DNA of 62,538 nt, taken from positions 1 to 62,538 of the forward strand of contig JAKABH010000003.1 in NCBI GenBank assembly GCA_021801925.1. The letters run 5' to 3'. This document shows, one piece after another, positions 35,855-45,598 of this stretch (position 1 is the first letter of the stretch; each line of letters begins with the position of its first letter). This DNA comes from Thermoplasmata archaeon. GTDB lineage: Archaea; Thermoplasmatota; Thermoplasmata; Lutacidiplasmatales; UBA184. A program made the position numbers and the translations under genes. The notes beneath the pieces are model-generated. The model worked only from the letters and a program-made list of their open reading frames with translations. It was not told the origin of the DNA and did no database searches.

Positions 35855-37002
35855 AGGTCGCCCAGGTGACCCTGCGCTTCGACGCCCCCGGGGGGGTCGA
35901 GACGAACGTCCGGGAGATCGCCCGCCGGCTCGCCGCCGCGGGGGTCGACGTCACGGTCTTTGCGAGCGACCTCTGGGACGAATCGGGGTGGCAGCGGCGC
36001 TCCGGCTATCCGCCGGTCGTCGACGGGGTGCCGGTCCGCCGCTTTCCGGTGCGCAAGCGGCTCGTCCCCGGCCTCACGATGCCGATGATGGTCGGGCTGA
36101 TCGACGCCCTCTCGGAGAGCGGGGCGGACGTCCTCCACGCCCACTCGCACCGGTACGGCCACATCCTCCAGGCCGCGGCCGTCTCCTCCCGGCGCCGCAT
36201 CCCGCTCGTCGTCTCCACGCACTACCATCCGGCCGATCGCCGCGAGCCGACAATCAAGCGCGGCCTCCTGCGTCTCCAGGACGTCCTCTTCGGGTCGACC
36301 GCCTACCGCGTCGCCCGGGCGCTGGTCGTCGAGACGGAGCTCGAGGCCCGCCGCCTCCGCGAGTTCGCCCCGGCCGACCGGCTCCGCGTGATCCCGCCCG
36401 GGATCGACCTCGCCGAATGGGCGCATCCCGAACTCGACCGCCCGCCGCCGGGCCTCCCCGACCGGTACGTCGTCTTCCACGGCCGGCTCGCCTCGAACAA
36501 GGGGCTCGAGACGCTCGTCGCCGCCGTCGGCGAGATCCCGCCGGGCGACCGCCTGCCGGTCGTCTTCGTGGGGCCGGATTGGGGGATGCAGCCCCGCCTC
36601 GAGGCGGCGGCCCGCCGCGCGGGCGTCGACGGCCTCCTCCGGTTCGTCGGCTGGCAATCGCCCGCCGCGACCCGGGGGATCGTCCGCGGCGCCTCCGCCC
36701 TGGTCCTCCCGTCGGAGTGGGAGGCGTTCGGCCTCGTCCTCCTGATGGGGATGGCGGCCCGCACGCCGCTCGTCGCGACCGCCGTCGGCGGCGTCCCCGA
36801 GGTGCTGGAGGGCGGCCGCGCGGGCCGGCTCGTCCCGTACGGGGACCCGGCGGCGCTCGCCCGGGCGCTGGTCGAGGTCGGGCGCGACGGCGCCGCGACG
36901 CGGGCGATGGTCGCCCGGGCGGCGGAACGGGTCCAGGGGTACGACTGGTCGGTCGCGGCCGACCGGCACCGGGCGCTCTACCGGGAGCTCGCGGGCGGAT
37001 AG
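35851..37002 (+). CDS. Glycosyltransferase family 4 (second copy)
   Basis: The GTG at 35851 overlaps the previous stop (GTGA). N-terminal VKVAQVTLRFDAPGGVETNV. C-terminal motif: LVLPSEWEAFGLVLLMGMAARTPLVATAVGGVPEVLEGG. Confidence 0.8.
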   Translation: MKVAQVTLRFDAPGGVETNVREIARRLAAAGVDVTVFASDLWDESGWQRRSGYPPVVDGVPVRRFPVRKRLVPGLTMPMMVGLIDALSESGADVLHAHSHRYGHILQAAAVSSRRRIPLVVSTHYHPADRREPTIKRGLLRLQDVLFGSTAYRVARALVVETELEARRLREFAPADRLRVIPPGIDLAEWAHPELDRPPPGLPDRYVVFHGRLASNKGLETLVAAVGEIPPGDRLPVVFVGPDWGMQPRLEAAARRAGVDGLLRFVGWQSPAATRGIVRGASALVLPSEWEAFGLVLLMGMAARTPLVATAVGGVPEVLEGGRAGRLVPYGDPAALARALVEVGRDGAATRAMVARAAERVQGYDWSVAADRHRALYRELAGG

Positions 37003-37117
37003 GGGGGCGCGCGGGCGAGCCGCACGAGCTCGCCGCCGACGGCGGCGAGGGCGGCCCCGTCGTCGCCGCCCCGCAGGCGGCCGAACGCCTGGAAGAGGCG
37101 GCCCAGCACGGCCGCGA

Positions 37118-38251
37118 TCATCCGGCGCCCGCCTCTTCGACGTAGGCGCGCAGCCGCTCGAGGCCGCTGCGGATCCGGTCCCGCGACGTCGCGAACGAGA
37201 GCCGGAGGTGGTTCTCCCCGAGGGAACCGAAGGCGTCGCCCGGCGTCGTGATGACACCGCGGGCGAGCAGGTCGGTCGCGACCTGCCGCGCCGGCACCCC
37301 GAGGTCGAGCTCGGGGAACGCGTAGAACGCCCCGACCGGGCGGACGACGGAGAGGTGCGGGATGCCGCTCAGCAGCCGGCTGACGAGGTCCCGGCGGGCC
37401 CGGAACTCGCGGACCATCTTCTCGGTCGCCGCCCGGCCGGCGTCGTAGCCGGCGACGATCGCGACCTGGGCCGGGGTCGGCGGGCAGGCCATGATGTGGT
37501 AGTGGATCTTGTTGAGCTCGACCGCGAGGGCGGGCGACGCGACCAGGAACCCCAACCGCCAGCCGGTGACGGCGAACGTCTTCGAGAACGAGTTCACGAC
37601 GACGACACGGTCGCTCTTCCCCCAGAAGGAGACGAACTCCCCCTCGTAGACGATCTCGTCGTAGACCTCGTCGGAGACGATCACGAGATCGTGGTCGTCG
37701 GCGAACGCCACGAGCCGGTCGACGCTCCGGGGGGAGAACATCCCGCCGGTCGGGTTCGACGGGCTGTTCACCACGATCGCCCGGGTCTTCGGGGTGACGA
37801 GGCGCTCGAGCTCGTCGAAATCCGGCTGGTACTTGTGGGCGGCGATGAGCGAGTAGGGGACCGGGGTCGCCCCGGCCAGCTTCGCGTGCGGGCCGTAGAG
37901 GACGAAGCCCGGGTTCGGGATCAGCACCTCGTCGCCGGGATCGTAGAGGGCGAGGGCGGCCGACATCAGCGCCTCCGAGCCGCTCGCGGTAATGATCACG
38001 TTCGCGCTCGCCGTCGTGCGCTCCCAGCGGCGGTAGCGGGCGGCGACGTGCTCCCGCAGCGGGAGGATCCCCGCCGTGGGGCCGTAGTGGTTGCCGCCGT
38101 TCTGCACGGAGCGGCACATCGCCTCGACGACCTCGCGGGGCGGCTCGAAGTCGGGCTCGCCGAGGCCGAGGTTGATCGAGTTCGGCGGCGCCGACTCGAA
38201 CATGCGGCGGATGCCGGAGATCTCGACGCGTCGCGCGCGCTCGGCGACCAT
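37118..38251 (-). CDS. Class I/II PLP-dependent aminotransferase (aspartate aminotransferase-like)
   Basis: ORF 37118..38251. Motifs: ISGIRRMFE, INLGLGEPDF, NPSNPTG, VVNSFSKTFAVTGWRLG. Confidence 0.85.
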   Translation of the reverse strand: MVAERARRVEISGIRRMFESAPPNSINLGLGEPDFEPPREVVEAMCRSVQNGGNHYGPTAGILPLREHVAARYRRWERTTASANVIITASGSEALMSAALALYDPGDEVLIPNPGFVLYGPHAKLAGATPVPYSLIAAHKYQPDFDELERLVTPKTRAIVVNSPSNPTGGMFSPRSVDRLVAFADDHDLVIVSDEVYDEIVYEGEFVSFWGKSDRVVVVNSFSKTFAVTGWRLGFLVASPALAVELNKIHYHIMACPPTPAQVAIVAGYDAGRAATEKMVREFRARRDLVSRLLSGIPHLSVVRPVGAFYAFPELDLGVPARQVATDLLARGVITTPGDAFGSLGENHLRLSFATSRDRIRSGLERLRAYVEEAGAG

Positions 38252-38392
38252 CGCGGAAAGGACCGACGCCGGCCCTATTACCTTGTGGGCCCCGCCGGCC
38301 CCGGAGCCGGGGCGCCGGCGCCCGCCGGCGGGCCGCGCGGCGGCAAACGTTTAGCCTCCCTCCCCGTCGGCCCTCGAGGCCGGGGACGGACG

Positions 38393-40663
38393 ATGACGCG
38401 GGTGCTGGTGGCGGTCGCCTGGCCGTATGCGAACGGCCCGTTCCACCTCGGCCAGCTCGCGAGCACCTACATCGCCGCCGATCTCTGCGCGCGGTACCAC
38501 CGGCTCCGGGGCGACGAGGTGCTCATGGTCTCGGGTTCCGACATGCACGGCACGCCGGCGCTCGTCCGGGCCGAGCAGGAGGGGATCTCCCCGGCGGAGC
38601 TCACGGAGCGGTTCCACCACCAAAACCGCGAGGCGTTCGAGCGGCTCGGCGTCTCGTTCGACGTCTTCACGACGACCCGGACGATCGAGCACGAGCGGAC
38701 GAGCCAGGAGATCTTCCTCCGGCTCCTCGAGCGGGGGTACGTCCTCCGCCGGACGACGGACGGCGCCTTCTGCCCCAACCACCGCCGCTTCCTCCCGGAC
38801 CGCTACCTGGTCGGGACGTGTCCGCACTGCGGGTCGCCGACCGCCCGCGGCGACGAGTGCGACCGGTGCGGCCGCCCGCTCGACGCGAAGGAGCTCGGCC
38901 AGCCCCGCTGCGCCCTCTGCGGTACCGCCGCCGAGTTCCGGCCGACGGAGCAGTTCTACCTGGAACTCGACCGCCTGCAGCCGGCGATCGCCGCCTACCT
39001 CGCCCAGCACCCCGACTGGCGGCCGGGGACGCGCAAGGTCGCCGAGAACTTCCTCGCCGAAGGGCTCCACCCGACGCCGATCACCCGCGACCTCGACTGG
39101 GGGGTCCCGCTCCCGCTCGACGGCTACGACGGGAAGCGGCTCTACGTCTGGTTCGAGGCGCTGATCGGCTACCTCTCCGCCTCCAAGGAGTGGGCGATCC
39201 GCGCGGGGCGGCCGGAGGCGTGGCGCAAGTTCTGGGACGAGCGCGAGCCGGCGCGGCACTACTACTTCTGCGGGAAGGACAACAAGTTCCACCACACGAT
39301 CCTCTGGCCGGGGGTCCTCCTCGGGGTCGGCGGGCTCCATCTGCCGGACGACGTCCCGGCGAACGAGTGGCTGCTGATCGCCGGCGGGAAGGTCTCGAAG
39401 TCGCGGCCGGCCGGTCAGGACGCCTTCCACCCGTCGCTCCTCGCCGCCTACCCGCCGGACGTGATCCGCTTCTACGCCGCCCTCCTCGCCCCGGAGCACC
39501 ACGACACCGAGCTCGACTGGGAGGAGCTCGAGCGGGTGCGGGACGACATCCTCGCCGACCAGTTCGGGAACCTCGTCCAGCGGACGCTCGTCCTCGCGCG
39601 GGAGCGGTACGGCGGTCGGATCCCCGCGCCGCCCCCCGGCTGGGCGCCGGACCTCTCCGGCGGGGCCGGCGCGGAGATCGCGCTCGCGCACCGGGAGATC
39701 GGCGAGGAGTATGCGCAGCGCCGGCTGAAGGCGGCGCTCGACCGCTCCCTGGACGCCGTCCGGGCGGCGAACCGACGCTTCCACGAGGCGAAGCCGTGGG
39801 AGCTGCCCGAGCCCGAACGGGCGCGGGTCGTCTACGAGGCGATCTGGCGGCTCAAGGCGCTCGCGATCTGGCTGGCGCCCGTCCTCCCGTTCTCCACGGC
39901 AGCGCTGTTCCGGATGCTCGGCTACGCGGCGCCCCCGTCCCCCGGTGACTGGGAGGCGGCGCTCGAGCCGCCCCCGGCCGACCAGCCGCTCGGGGAGATC
40001 CGTCCGCTGTTCCCGAAGGCAGCGCCGGCGGGCCGCGGTGGCGCCCCCGCGCCCGGGCCGGCCCCGGCCCCCGCGGGGTCGGCCGGGCCTCCGCCGCTCG
40101 CCATCCGCGTCGGGATCGTCCGGTCGGCGTCGAACCACCCGTCCGCCGACCGCCTCCTCGCGCTCACGATCGACCTCGGCGAATCGGAGCCGCGATCGAT
40201 CGTCGCCGGGATCCGGGGCGCCTATGCCCCCGAAACCCTGGTCGGCCGCTCCGTGGCGGTCCTCGCCAACCTCGCGCCGCGGACGATCCGCGGCGTGCGC
40301 TCCCAGGGGATGGTGCTGGCGGCGGACGTCGACGGCCGCGCGGTCCTGCTCGCGCCCCCCGACGGGGCGGCGCCGGGGACAGCGATCGCCGGGGCCGACC
40401 CCGCCGCCCGGACGATCACCGTCGACGAGTTCGCCTCGTACCGGCTCCAGGTCGGCACGACCGGGCCGCCCCGCTCGGTCGGGACGACGCCCGTGCGGCT
40501 CGGGACGGAGGAGGTCGAGGTCGACGGCACCTGGCCGGCCGATCTCGAGGTCGTCGTCGCGCGGCAGCCGGCGACCGCCCCTCGGGCGACGCTGCTTGCC
40601 GTCGGCGCCGACCGGCCGCTGCGCCCGAGCGCGCCGGTCCCGTCGGGGGCGACCGTCCGGTGA
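38393..40663 (+). CDS. metG: Methionyl-tRNA synthetase with C-terminal tRNA-binding (Trbp111/EMAPII-like) domain
   Basis: ATG at 38393 within ORF 37208..40663. Motifs: AWPYANGPFHLGQL (HIGH-like), zinc knuckles CPHCGS..CDRCG and CALCG, KVSKSR (KMSKS-like), tRNA-binding domain IRVGIVRSASNHPSADRLLALTIDLG. Confidence 0.9.
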   Translation: MTRVLVAVAWPYANGPFHLGQLASTYIAADLCARYHRLRGDEVLMVSGSDMHGTPALVRAEQEGISPAELTERFHHQNREAFERLGVSFDVFTTTRTIEHERTSQEIFLRLLERGYVLRRTTDGAFCPNHRRFLPDRYLVGTCPHCGSPTARGDECDRCGRPLDAKELGQPRCALCGTAAEFRPTEQFYLELDRLQPAIAAYLAQHPDWRPGTRKVAENFLAEGLHPTPITRDLDWGVPLPLDGYDGKRLYVWFEALIGYLSASKEWAIRAGRPEAWRKFWDEREPARHYYFCGKDNKFHHTILWPGVLLGVGGLHLPDDVPANEWLLIAGGKVSKSRPAGQDAFHPSLLAAYPPDVIRFYAALLAPEHHDTELDWEELERVRDDILADQFGNLVQRTLVLARERYGGRIPAPPPGWAPDLSGGAGAEIALAHREIGEEYAQRRLKAALDRSLDAVRAANRRFHEAKPWELPEPERARVVYEAIWRLKALAIWLAPVLPFSTAALFRMLGYAAPPSPGDWEAALEPPPADQPLGEIRPLFPKAAPAGRGGAPAPGPAPAPAGSAGPPPLAIRVGIVRSASNHPSADRLLALTIDLGESEPRSIVAGIRGAYAPETLVGRSVAVLANLAPRTIRGVRSQGMVLAADVDGRAVLLAPPDGAAPGTAIAGADPAARTITVDEFASYRLQVGTTGPPRSVGTTPVRLGTEEVEVDGTWPADLEVVVARQPATAPRATLLAVGADRPLRPSAPVPSGATVR

Positions 40664-41340
40664 CGGCCGGCGTCCGTCTCGACCTGCACGTCCATTCGAG
40701 GCACTCGCCGGATTCCCGGGTGCCGGTCGCCGACCTGGTCGCCCGCGCGGCGGCGATCGGGCTGCGCGGACTCGCCCTCACCGACCACAACTCGGTCGCC
40801 GGGCACGCCGAGCTCCGGGCGCTCGCGGCGGCCCACCCCACGCTCCTGCTGCTCCCCGGGGTCGAGGTCTCGACCGCCGACGGCCACCTGCTCGGCTACG
40901 GCGTCGACGCGGCGCCGCCGCCCCGCCGGGACCTGGAGAGCACGGCCGACTGGATCCGCGACCACGGCGGCGAACCGGTGATCGCCCACCCGTTCCGGTG
41001 GCGGCACGGGGCCGGCGGCCGGCTCACGGCGGTGGCGCACGTCGCCGGGATCGAGGGGCGGAACGCCCACACCTCGGCGCGGGCGAACCGGCGGGCGGAG
41101 GAGTGGGCCGCCCTCCGCCTCCTCGCCGCGACCGGCGGGAGCGACGCGCACCGGCTCGAGGAGGTGGGCCGGGCCGCGACCGTCTTTCCCGAGCCGGTCG
41201 ACGGGGTCGACGACCTCCTCGAGGCGATCCGCGCCGCCCGTACGACGGGGGTCGGCTCTTCGCTCACGCTCGGCGGGCGGATCGGCTGGCTCGTCTCGAA
41301 CGGCGCGCAGTACCTCCGCCGCGGCCTCCGACCGGTCTGA
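40660..41340 (+). CDS. PHP-domain metal-dependent phosphoesterase
   Basis: ORF 40660..41340. The GTG overlaps the metG stop. Motifs: LDLHVHSRHSPDS, LALTDHNSV, GVEVST, AHPFR, GGSDAH. Confidence 0.75.
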   Translation: MTAGVRLDLHVHSRHSPDSRVPVADLVARAAAIGLRGLALTDHNSVAGHAELRALAAAHPTLLLLPGVEVSTADGHLLGYGVDAAPPPRRDLESTADWIRDHGGEPVIAHPFRWRHGAGGRLTAVAHVAGIEGRNAHTSARANRRAEEWAALRLLAATGGSDAHRLEEVGRAATVFPEPVDGVDDLLEAIRAARTTGVGSSLTLGGRIGWLVSNGAQYLRRGLRPV

Positions 41341-41368
41341 GCGGACGGCGGAGGCGCCGACCCGAGCG

Positions 41369-41376
41369 CTTTAAGG
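41369..41376 (+). promoter_or_regulatory. TATA-like box for tRNA-Cys
   Basis: CTTTAAGG lies 25-32 nt upstream of tRNA position 1 (41401). Confidence 0.4.
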
Positions 41377-41400
41377 CGGGCGCTCTTCGCCCTCCCGCGC

Positions 41401-41473
41401 GCCAAGGTGGCAGAATGGTTAATGCGGCGGACTGCAGATCCGCTTCCTGGGGGTTCGATTCCCTCCCTTGGCT
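41401..41473 (+). tRNA. tRNA-Cys (GCA)
   Basis: Reads GCCAAGG TG GCAG AATGGTTA ATGC G GCGGA CTGCAGA TCCGC TTCCT GGGGG TTCGATT CCCTC CCTTGGC T. The U73 discriminator is typical of tRNA-Cys. Confidence 0.9.
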
Positions 41474-41580
41474 CTCCCCGTAGGGGTCCTATCCGTCGGA
41501 TGGCCTTCCGTCGATCGTGAGCTCCGCTCGGGGAGGCCGCGTCGCCCCGCTCCCCCGCTCGACCACCACGTCCCCCTTCG

Positions 41581-41781
41581 AAGATCGGCCGGGCGGAGGA
41601 GCGGCTCCGCTTCCGCGGGGATGAGATGTCGCGGGAGGTGGCAGGGGCCCTCCTCGAGTTCGTCGAGGCTCGCCGTTCGGCCGGTTCCCCGCTGCGGGTC
41701 CGGCCCTATCTCGCCTACCTTCGTTCCGCCTTCCTCCAGCGGGGAGCCGGGCGGCTCGGCCTACCCGCGAGTCGCCCGTGA
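41581..41781 (+). pseudogene. N-terminal remnant of an integrase paralogous to the tRNA-Thr-linked integrase
   Basis: KIGRAEERLRFRGDEMSREVAGALLEFVEARRSAGSPLRVRPYL.. aligns by eye with IAHAEARLRSEDSGVPSETAQAILEFVEARREAVSAPKTVTYF.. of ORF 15127..15567. It has the same position and orientation relative to its tRNA. No catalytic domain follows. Confidence 0.5.
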
Positions 41782-42038
41782 AGCTCCTCCGCGCCCGCCG
41801 CGGGGCCGAGACCGGGAGGACGAAGAGCCGGGCCGGTCGGCGGCCTCTGGCGTAGGGGGCGGAGAGAACTCGTCTCCTCGCGCGCCCGCGTTAGATATCT
41901 AAAACTTCGGACCCAGTGGGGGCGTTGGGGCACGGAGCCGGAGCTCGGAGGGAGCCGGCGCCCGGCGGGGAGCGGCCCCCTCCGCGGGGGTACGCACGAC
42001 CTGCTGGGTTGGGAGCCAACCCAGAAAGCCAAGGCCGC

Positions 42039-43349
42039 TCACCCGTCCGTAGCCGCCCGGGAAACCTTCGAGTTAGCGTCCGTCACCGTGGCCGCCTCCG
42101 CGGCCTCCTCCGGGGGACGCAGATGGCGAAAGCTTCGGTACAGGAGAAGGTCGTAGGCGATCTTGACCGAACCTGCGATGGCGAACGGGCTCGATAGCCA
42201 CGGCCCCCCGACGGCGAAGAGTGCACCCGAGACGGGAGAACCGAACGCCTGGGCGCTACGCGCGGCGGTCGTGTAGCCCGCGGCGGCCGCACCTTCCTCC
42301 CGGGGAACGATCGCTTGAGTGTAGGACTGGCGCGTCGGGACGTCCATCTGCGAGAGGGAGGCCCGGGCGACCCAGACGATGGCGGCGAAGAGAAGGGTCG
42401 GGGCGAAGGCGAACAGAATCAGCAGGATGCTCGAGGGAATGTGCGTGAACACCATCGTGTTGATCAGGCCGAAGCGGTCGGCCAGCGGCACGGCCAGCAC
42501 GAGCGAGAATCCGGCCGCCACGTTCGCTATCGACAGGATGACACCGATCGTCTCCGGGACGCCCGCGAAGCGAAGCATCAGGAAGTAGGCGAGCAGCGTG
42601 TTCGCGGTCATGCCGCCGCCGAAGGCATCGACCGCGAACAGTCCGGAGAGGCGGAGGATCGGGCCTCGATGCTCGGGGGAGAGACGACCGGTTGCTTCCA
42701 CCGGGGGGCCCACGGCGGCTGGGCGAGAGAGGCGAAGATAGGTCGGAACGAGCGCCAACCCCAGGCATCCGTAGAGGAGGAACGTCAGGTCCCGGGGGCC
42801 CGCCGGCAGCCCCGGGAGATGGAGGCTCACCGAACTGAGCGCCCCGGCGATCACGGCGCCGACGGCCGTGCCGAGGTACCCCGCGAGGTTGTATGCCGCA
42901 AAGGTTCTCGTGCGCCTCGGTGCGCTCGTGGCGCTCGAGAGCGCTCCTTGTTCCAAGGCACCCAAGGGGCTGATGTCGGCACCACCGGCGACAATTCCCC
43001 CGAGGAACAGGGCCGGCAGAAGCGACCAAGGGCTGAGCAGGTCGTACCAGAGAAGGAAACCCCCGACGGCGACCGCGAGCGCCCCGATGACGAACCGACC
43101 TCGGCGCGAGAGCCAGGGCGTTCTCTCCGGGATCCAAATGGACCACGTGGCGGCGGCTCCCATCGCGAGCCCGACGATCACCCCGACCAGAACGGGTGAG
43201 TAGCCGCCGGCAGCCAGGTCGATGGCGAAGACGACCGAAAGCGCGCCCGCCCCGAACCCACGTAGAGCCCGAGCCGTGGTCAGCGCGAAGCGATCCCGCC
43301 TCCAACGCGGCGGGTCCGGCGGGATCGGGAGAGCATACGAGGCGGCCAT
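42039..43349 (-). CDS. MFS transporter
   Basis: ATG at 43349 within ORF 42039..43853 (MAASYALPIPP..). About 12 hydrophobic segments. A 9-bp hairpin (42004-42024) lies just downstream of the stop. Confidence 0.75.
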   Translation of the reverse strand: MAASYALPIPPDPPRWRRDRFALTTARALRGFGAGALSVVFAIDLAAGGYSPVLVGVIVGLAMGAAATWSIWIPERTPWLSRRGRFVIGALAVAVGGFLLWYDLLSPWSLLPALFLGGIVAGGADISPLGALEQGALSSATSAPRRTRTFAAYNLAGYLGTAVGAVIAGALSSVSLHLPGLPAGPRDLTFLLYGCLGLALVPTYLRLSRPAAVGPPVEATGRLSPEHRGPILRLSGLFAVDAFGGGMTANTLLAYFLMLRFAGVPETIGVILSIANVAAGFSLVLAVPLADRFGLINTMVFTHIPSSILLILFAFAPTLLFAAIVWVARASLSQMDVPTRQSYTQAIVPREEGAAAAGYTTAARSAQAFGSPVSGALFAVGGPWLSSPFAIAGSVKIAYDLLLYRSFRHLRPPEEAAEAATVTDANSKVSRAATDG

Positions 43350-43381
43350 ACCGGTGCCGGTCGTTTCCCGCTGGAGAGGGG

Positions 43382-44344
43382 TCAGCCGGCTCCCTGGTCC
43401 AGGACGAGATCCTCGTGGGAATCCGGGAGGAAGACGTGGACCTCGTCTCGGCGCTCGTCGACCGTCAACGTGTGGGCTCCGTCGGCGGTCCGCAGCCTCC
43501 CGGAGGCGCGGGGCGGGTCGGCATCGAATACCTCCACGGTCCCGGGGTTTCCGACCGCACAGTACAGGCGAGTTCGCATTCGGTCCATCCAGAGCACGTC
43601 GGGGGGCCCGGTGAGGGGGGCCACGACCCGTGTACGTCCTGAGCGCGGGTCCAGCGTCAGGAGGACTCCCTCGTCGCACGCGCAGTAGAGGAGGTCTCCG
43701 GCCGCGTCCTGCTCCAGCCCGTGCGGGCCGTTCGCCGGCACTGGGAAGGTCTTGGAAATGGCCGACAATTCGCCGGCACGAACCACGACGACCATCGCGG
43801 GGTCCGCGACGTTTACATAGAAGGCATCGGTCGAGGGGTGGTACAGCCCCCACCGCGTCCGACCGGGGGCGTCGATCCGCGCGATCTGCTTCCCGCTTCG
43901 AACGTCAACGAAGGTCAGGGTCGGGGGAGCTCCCGGGAGCTTCGCATTTCCCACGCCCGCAACCATGAGGACATTTCGGCCGGGGTCGAAGGCGATTCCG
44001 TTCGGCCGGACCCCGGTCGGAACTCGGAAGACCTCCGTGACCCCCGCCTCGCTCAGCCGGAAGATGCTGGCCGTATCTTCGCTCCGGTTCGACGTAAAGA
44101 TAAGGCGCGCCCCCGCGTCCACCCAAACCCCGGCCACTCCCCGGAGATCCGCGAGCGAACCCAGATGACGGCGAGTCCGGAGCTCCACGACCTCGACCGC
44201 ATCGTTCGAGGGGTGGGCGACGTAGAGCCGGTCCCCGACCGGATCCACCGCGGCATGGTCGAACTCTCCCCCAGGAGGGTGCCCGGGGAGTGGGATGCGG
44301 GCGGCCTCGCGGAGCGTCACATTTGCCTCGGACCGCGTTCCCAT
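43382..44344 (-). CDS. YncE-like / YVTN beta-propeller protein (no signal peptide seen)
   Basis: ORF 43382..44344. Repeated ..P.G.A.D....L.V.......V.V.D.. units (RLYVAHPSNDAVEVVEL; RPNGIAFDPGRNVLMVAG; PHGLEQDAAGDLLYCAC; TVEVFDAD). Confidence 0.7.
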   Translation of the reverse strand: MGTRSEANVTLREAARIPLPGHPPGGEFDHAAVDPVGDRLYVAHPSNDAVEVVELRTRRHLGSLADLRGVAGVWVDAGARLIFTSNRSEDTASIFRLSEAGVTEVFRVPTGVRPNGIAFDPGRNVLMVAGVGNAKLPGAPPTLTFVDVRSGKQIARIDAPGRTRWGLYHPSTDAFYVNVADPAMVVVVRAGELSAISKTFPVPANGPHGLEQDAAGDLLYCACDEGVLLTLDPRSGRTRVVAPLTGPPDVLWMDRMRTRLYCAVGNPGTVEVFDADPPRASGRLRTADGAHTLTVDERRDEVHVFLPDSHEDLVLDQGAG

Positions 44345-45180
44345 CCGGCCTCCCCCGGGGGGTCGCCGGGCAATGGAAGAAGATGTTCTTGTGGCTTACG
44401 TTCATGGACGAGCAGCCAGCCAAGTCGGCTCGAATCCCCCCGATCGCGCGCGGCCGCGATGACGCGCGTCCGACACCCGACGGCGACGTTCTGGAGGCCG
44501 GCCAGCTTGACGGCGAAACCGACGGCAATCCCGAGGTCTCCGCCGCGGAGCTGGCATACCGACCCCCGGAACTGCCGGTCGACGTCATCCGGCTGGGAAA
44601 GATACTCGCGCCTCACGTTCAGGTGCTCGGCGCAGGTCGTCTACCCGCCGGCTCCACGGTCGTAGTGGGGAGGTACCCGTCAGCCAAGCCGATGTACCCG
44701 TGGAGCGCGGCTCGCTGCACCGTATCGGCATCGCGGCCCCAGTGATGGGTACTCGTCCGAGCTCCCCGATTTCTCCGCCACACCGCCCACCGTGACCGTA
44801 CCTCCCCGCTGTCAACGATGGCCGTCTCGAGGAACGGCGGCGAGCCCTCCAGAAGGAGCTGGCCGCCGCTCTTCGGTGCCGTCACGGGGGCAGCCACCCG
44901 GAGCTCTGCGGCTTGTTGCAATACCGAATGGATCGGGGCGCGGCTGGTCGTCCCGGATATGCTGCGGCGTCGTGCGCTCCCCCCCCCTGGCTCATGGGGG
45001 CCTCGATCGATCGTGGGCACGACCCCGCGCCATGACGGAGGCGGACGCCTCAGGTAGCGCCATCTGGGCCGCCAAATACAGGCGCGCCGCCCCCATCCGC
45101 TACGTCGTGAGCGAGATCGAAAGGGATGCGTCGATTCCGAGGCATGTCGGGCGGCGCGACCCGTGCGCAGCGGAGGACCC

Positions 45181-45488
45181 TTAGGACCGCGCTCCTCGCG
45201 CGAGGAGCTCGGGCAGGAGGCCCGCTGCTCCCGAGGAACGAGGGTAGGGCGGCCCGATCGAGGGACAGCGTGGAGGGCCTTCGTCCCTCCCTCCTCGATC
45301 GCGCGTTGCCCGAAGCACACCGCGGGGGGAGTGACTCCGATCCTTCGGGCGACTTCCGCTTGGGAGCGGCCGTCGGAGAGGAGACCGAGGCCCCTGAGCC
45401 GTCGTTCCTCGAGCGGGGCGGTGTCGTGATGCGGTAGGGTCCACCGCGGCCTGCTCGAGAGGAGAGGGATCCCTGGATGTTCGATCAT
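45181..45488 (-). pseudogene. IS630-like transposase N-terminal HTH remnant
   Basis: MIEHPGIPLL..APLEERRLRGLGLLSDGRSQAEVARRIGVTPPAVCFGQRAIEEGGTKALHAVPRSGRPTLVPREQ matches the typical IS630 HTH_Tnp pattern ending in PRSGRP. Downstream frames are broken and I could not trace a DDE domain. Confidence 0.45.
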
Positions 45489-45590
45489 TTCGTCGATAGT
45501 CAGGAACGAGTGCCCACCCAACCACCCCCCTCGGCCCGTCGAGGTTGCACCTCGTGACTTCAGCCCCCTCCGGCCCTTGCGAGCAACAAG

Positions 45591-45598
45591 CCCGAAAC
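45591..45598. repeat. Target-site duplication (left copy) of the IS66-family element
   Basis: CCCGAAAC lies immediately outside the left terminal inverted repeat. An identical octamer is at 47165-47172. Confidence 0.8.

Noticed and set aside
41468-41902. 144-aa ORF immediately after tRNA-Cys.
   Set aside because: It is R/P/S-rich and lies out of frame relative to the segment that actually shows homology (the integrase N-terminal remnant at 41581-41781). I treat it as a shadow ORF.
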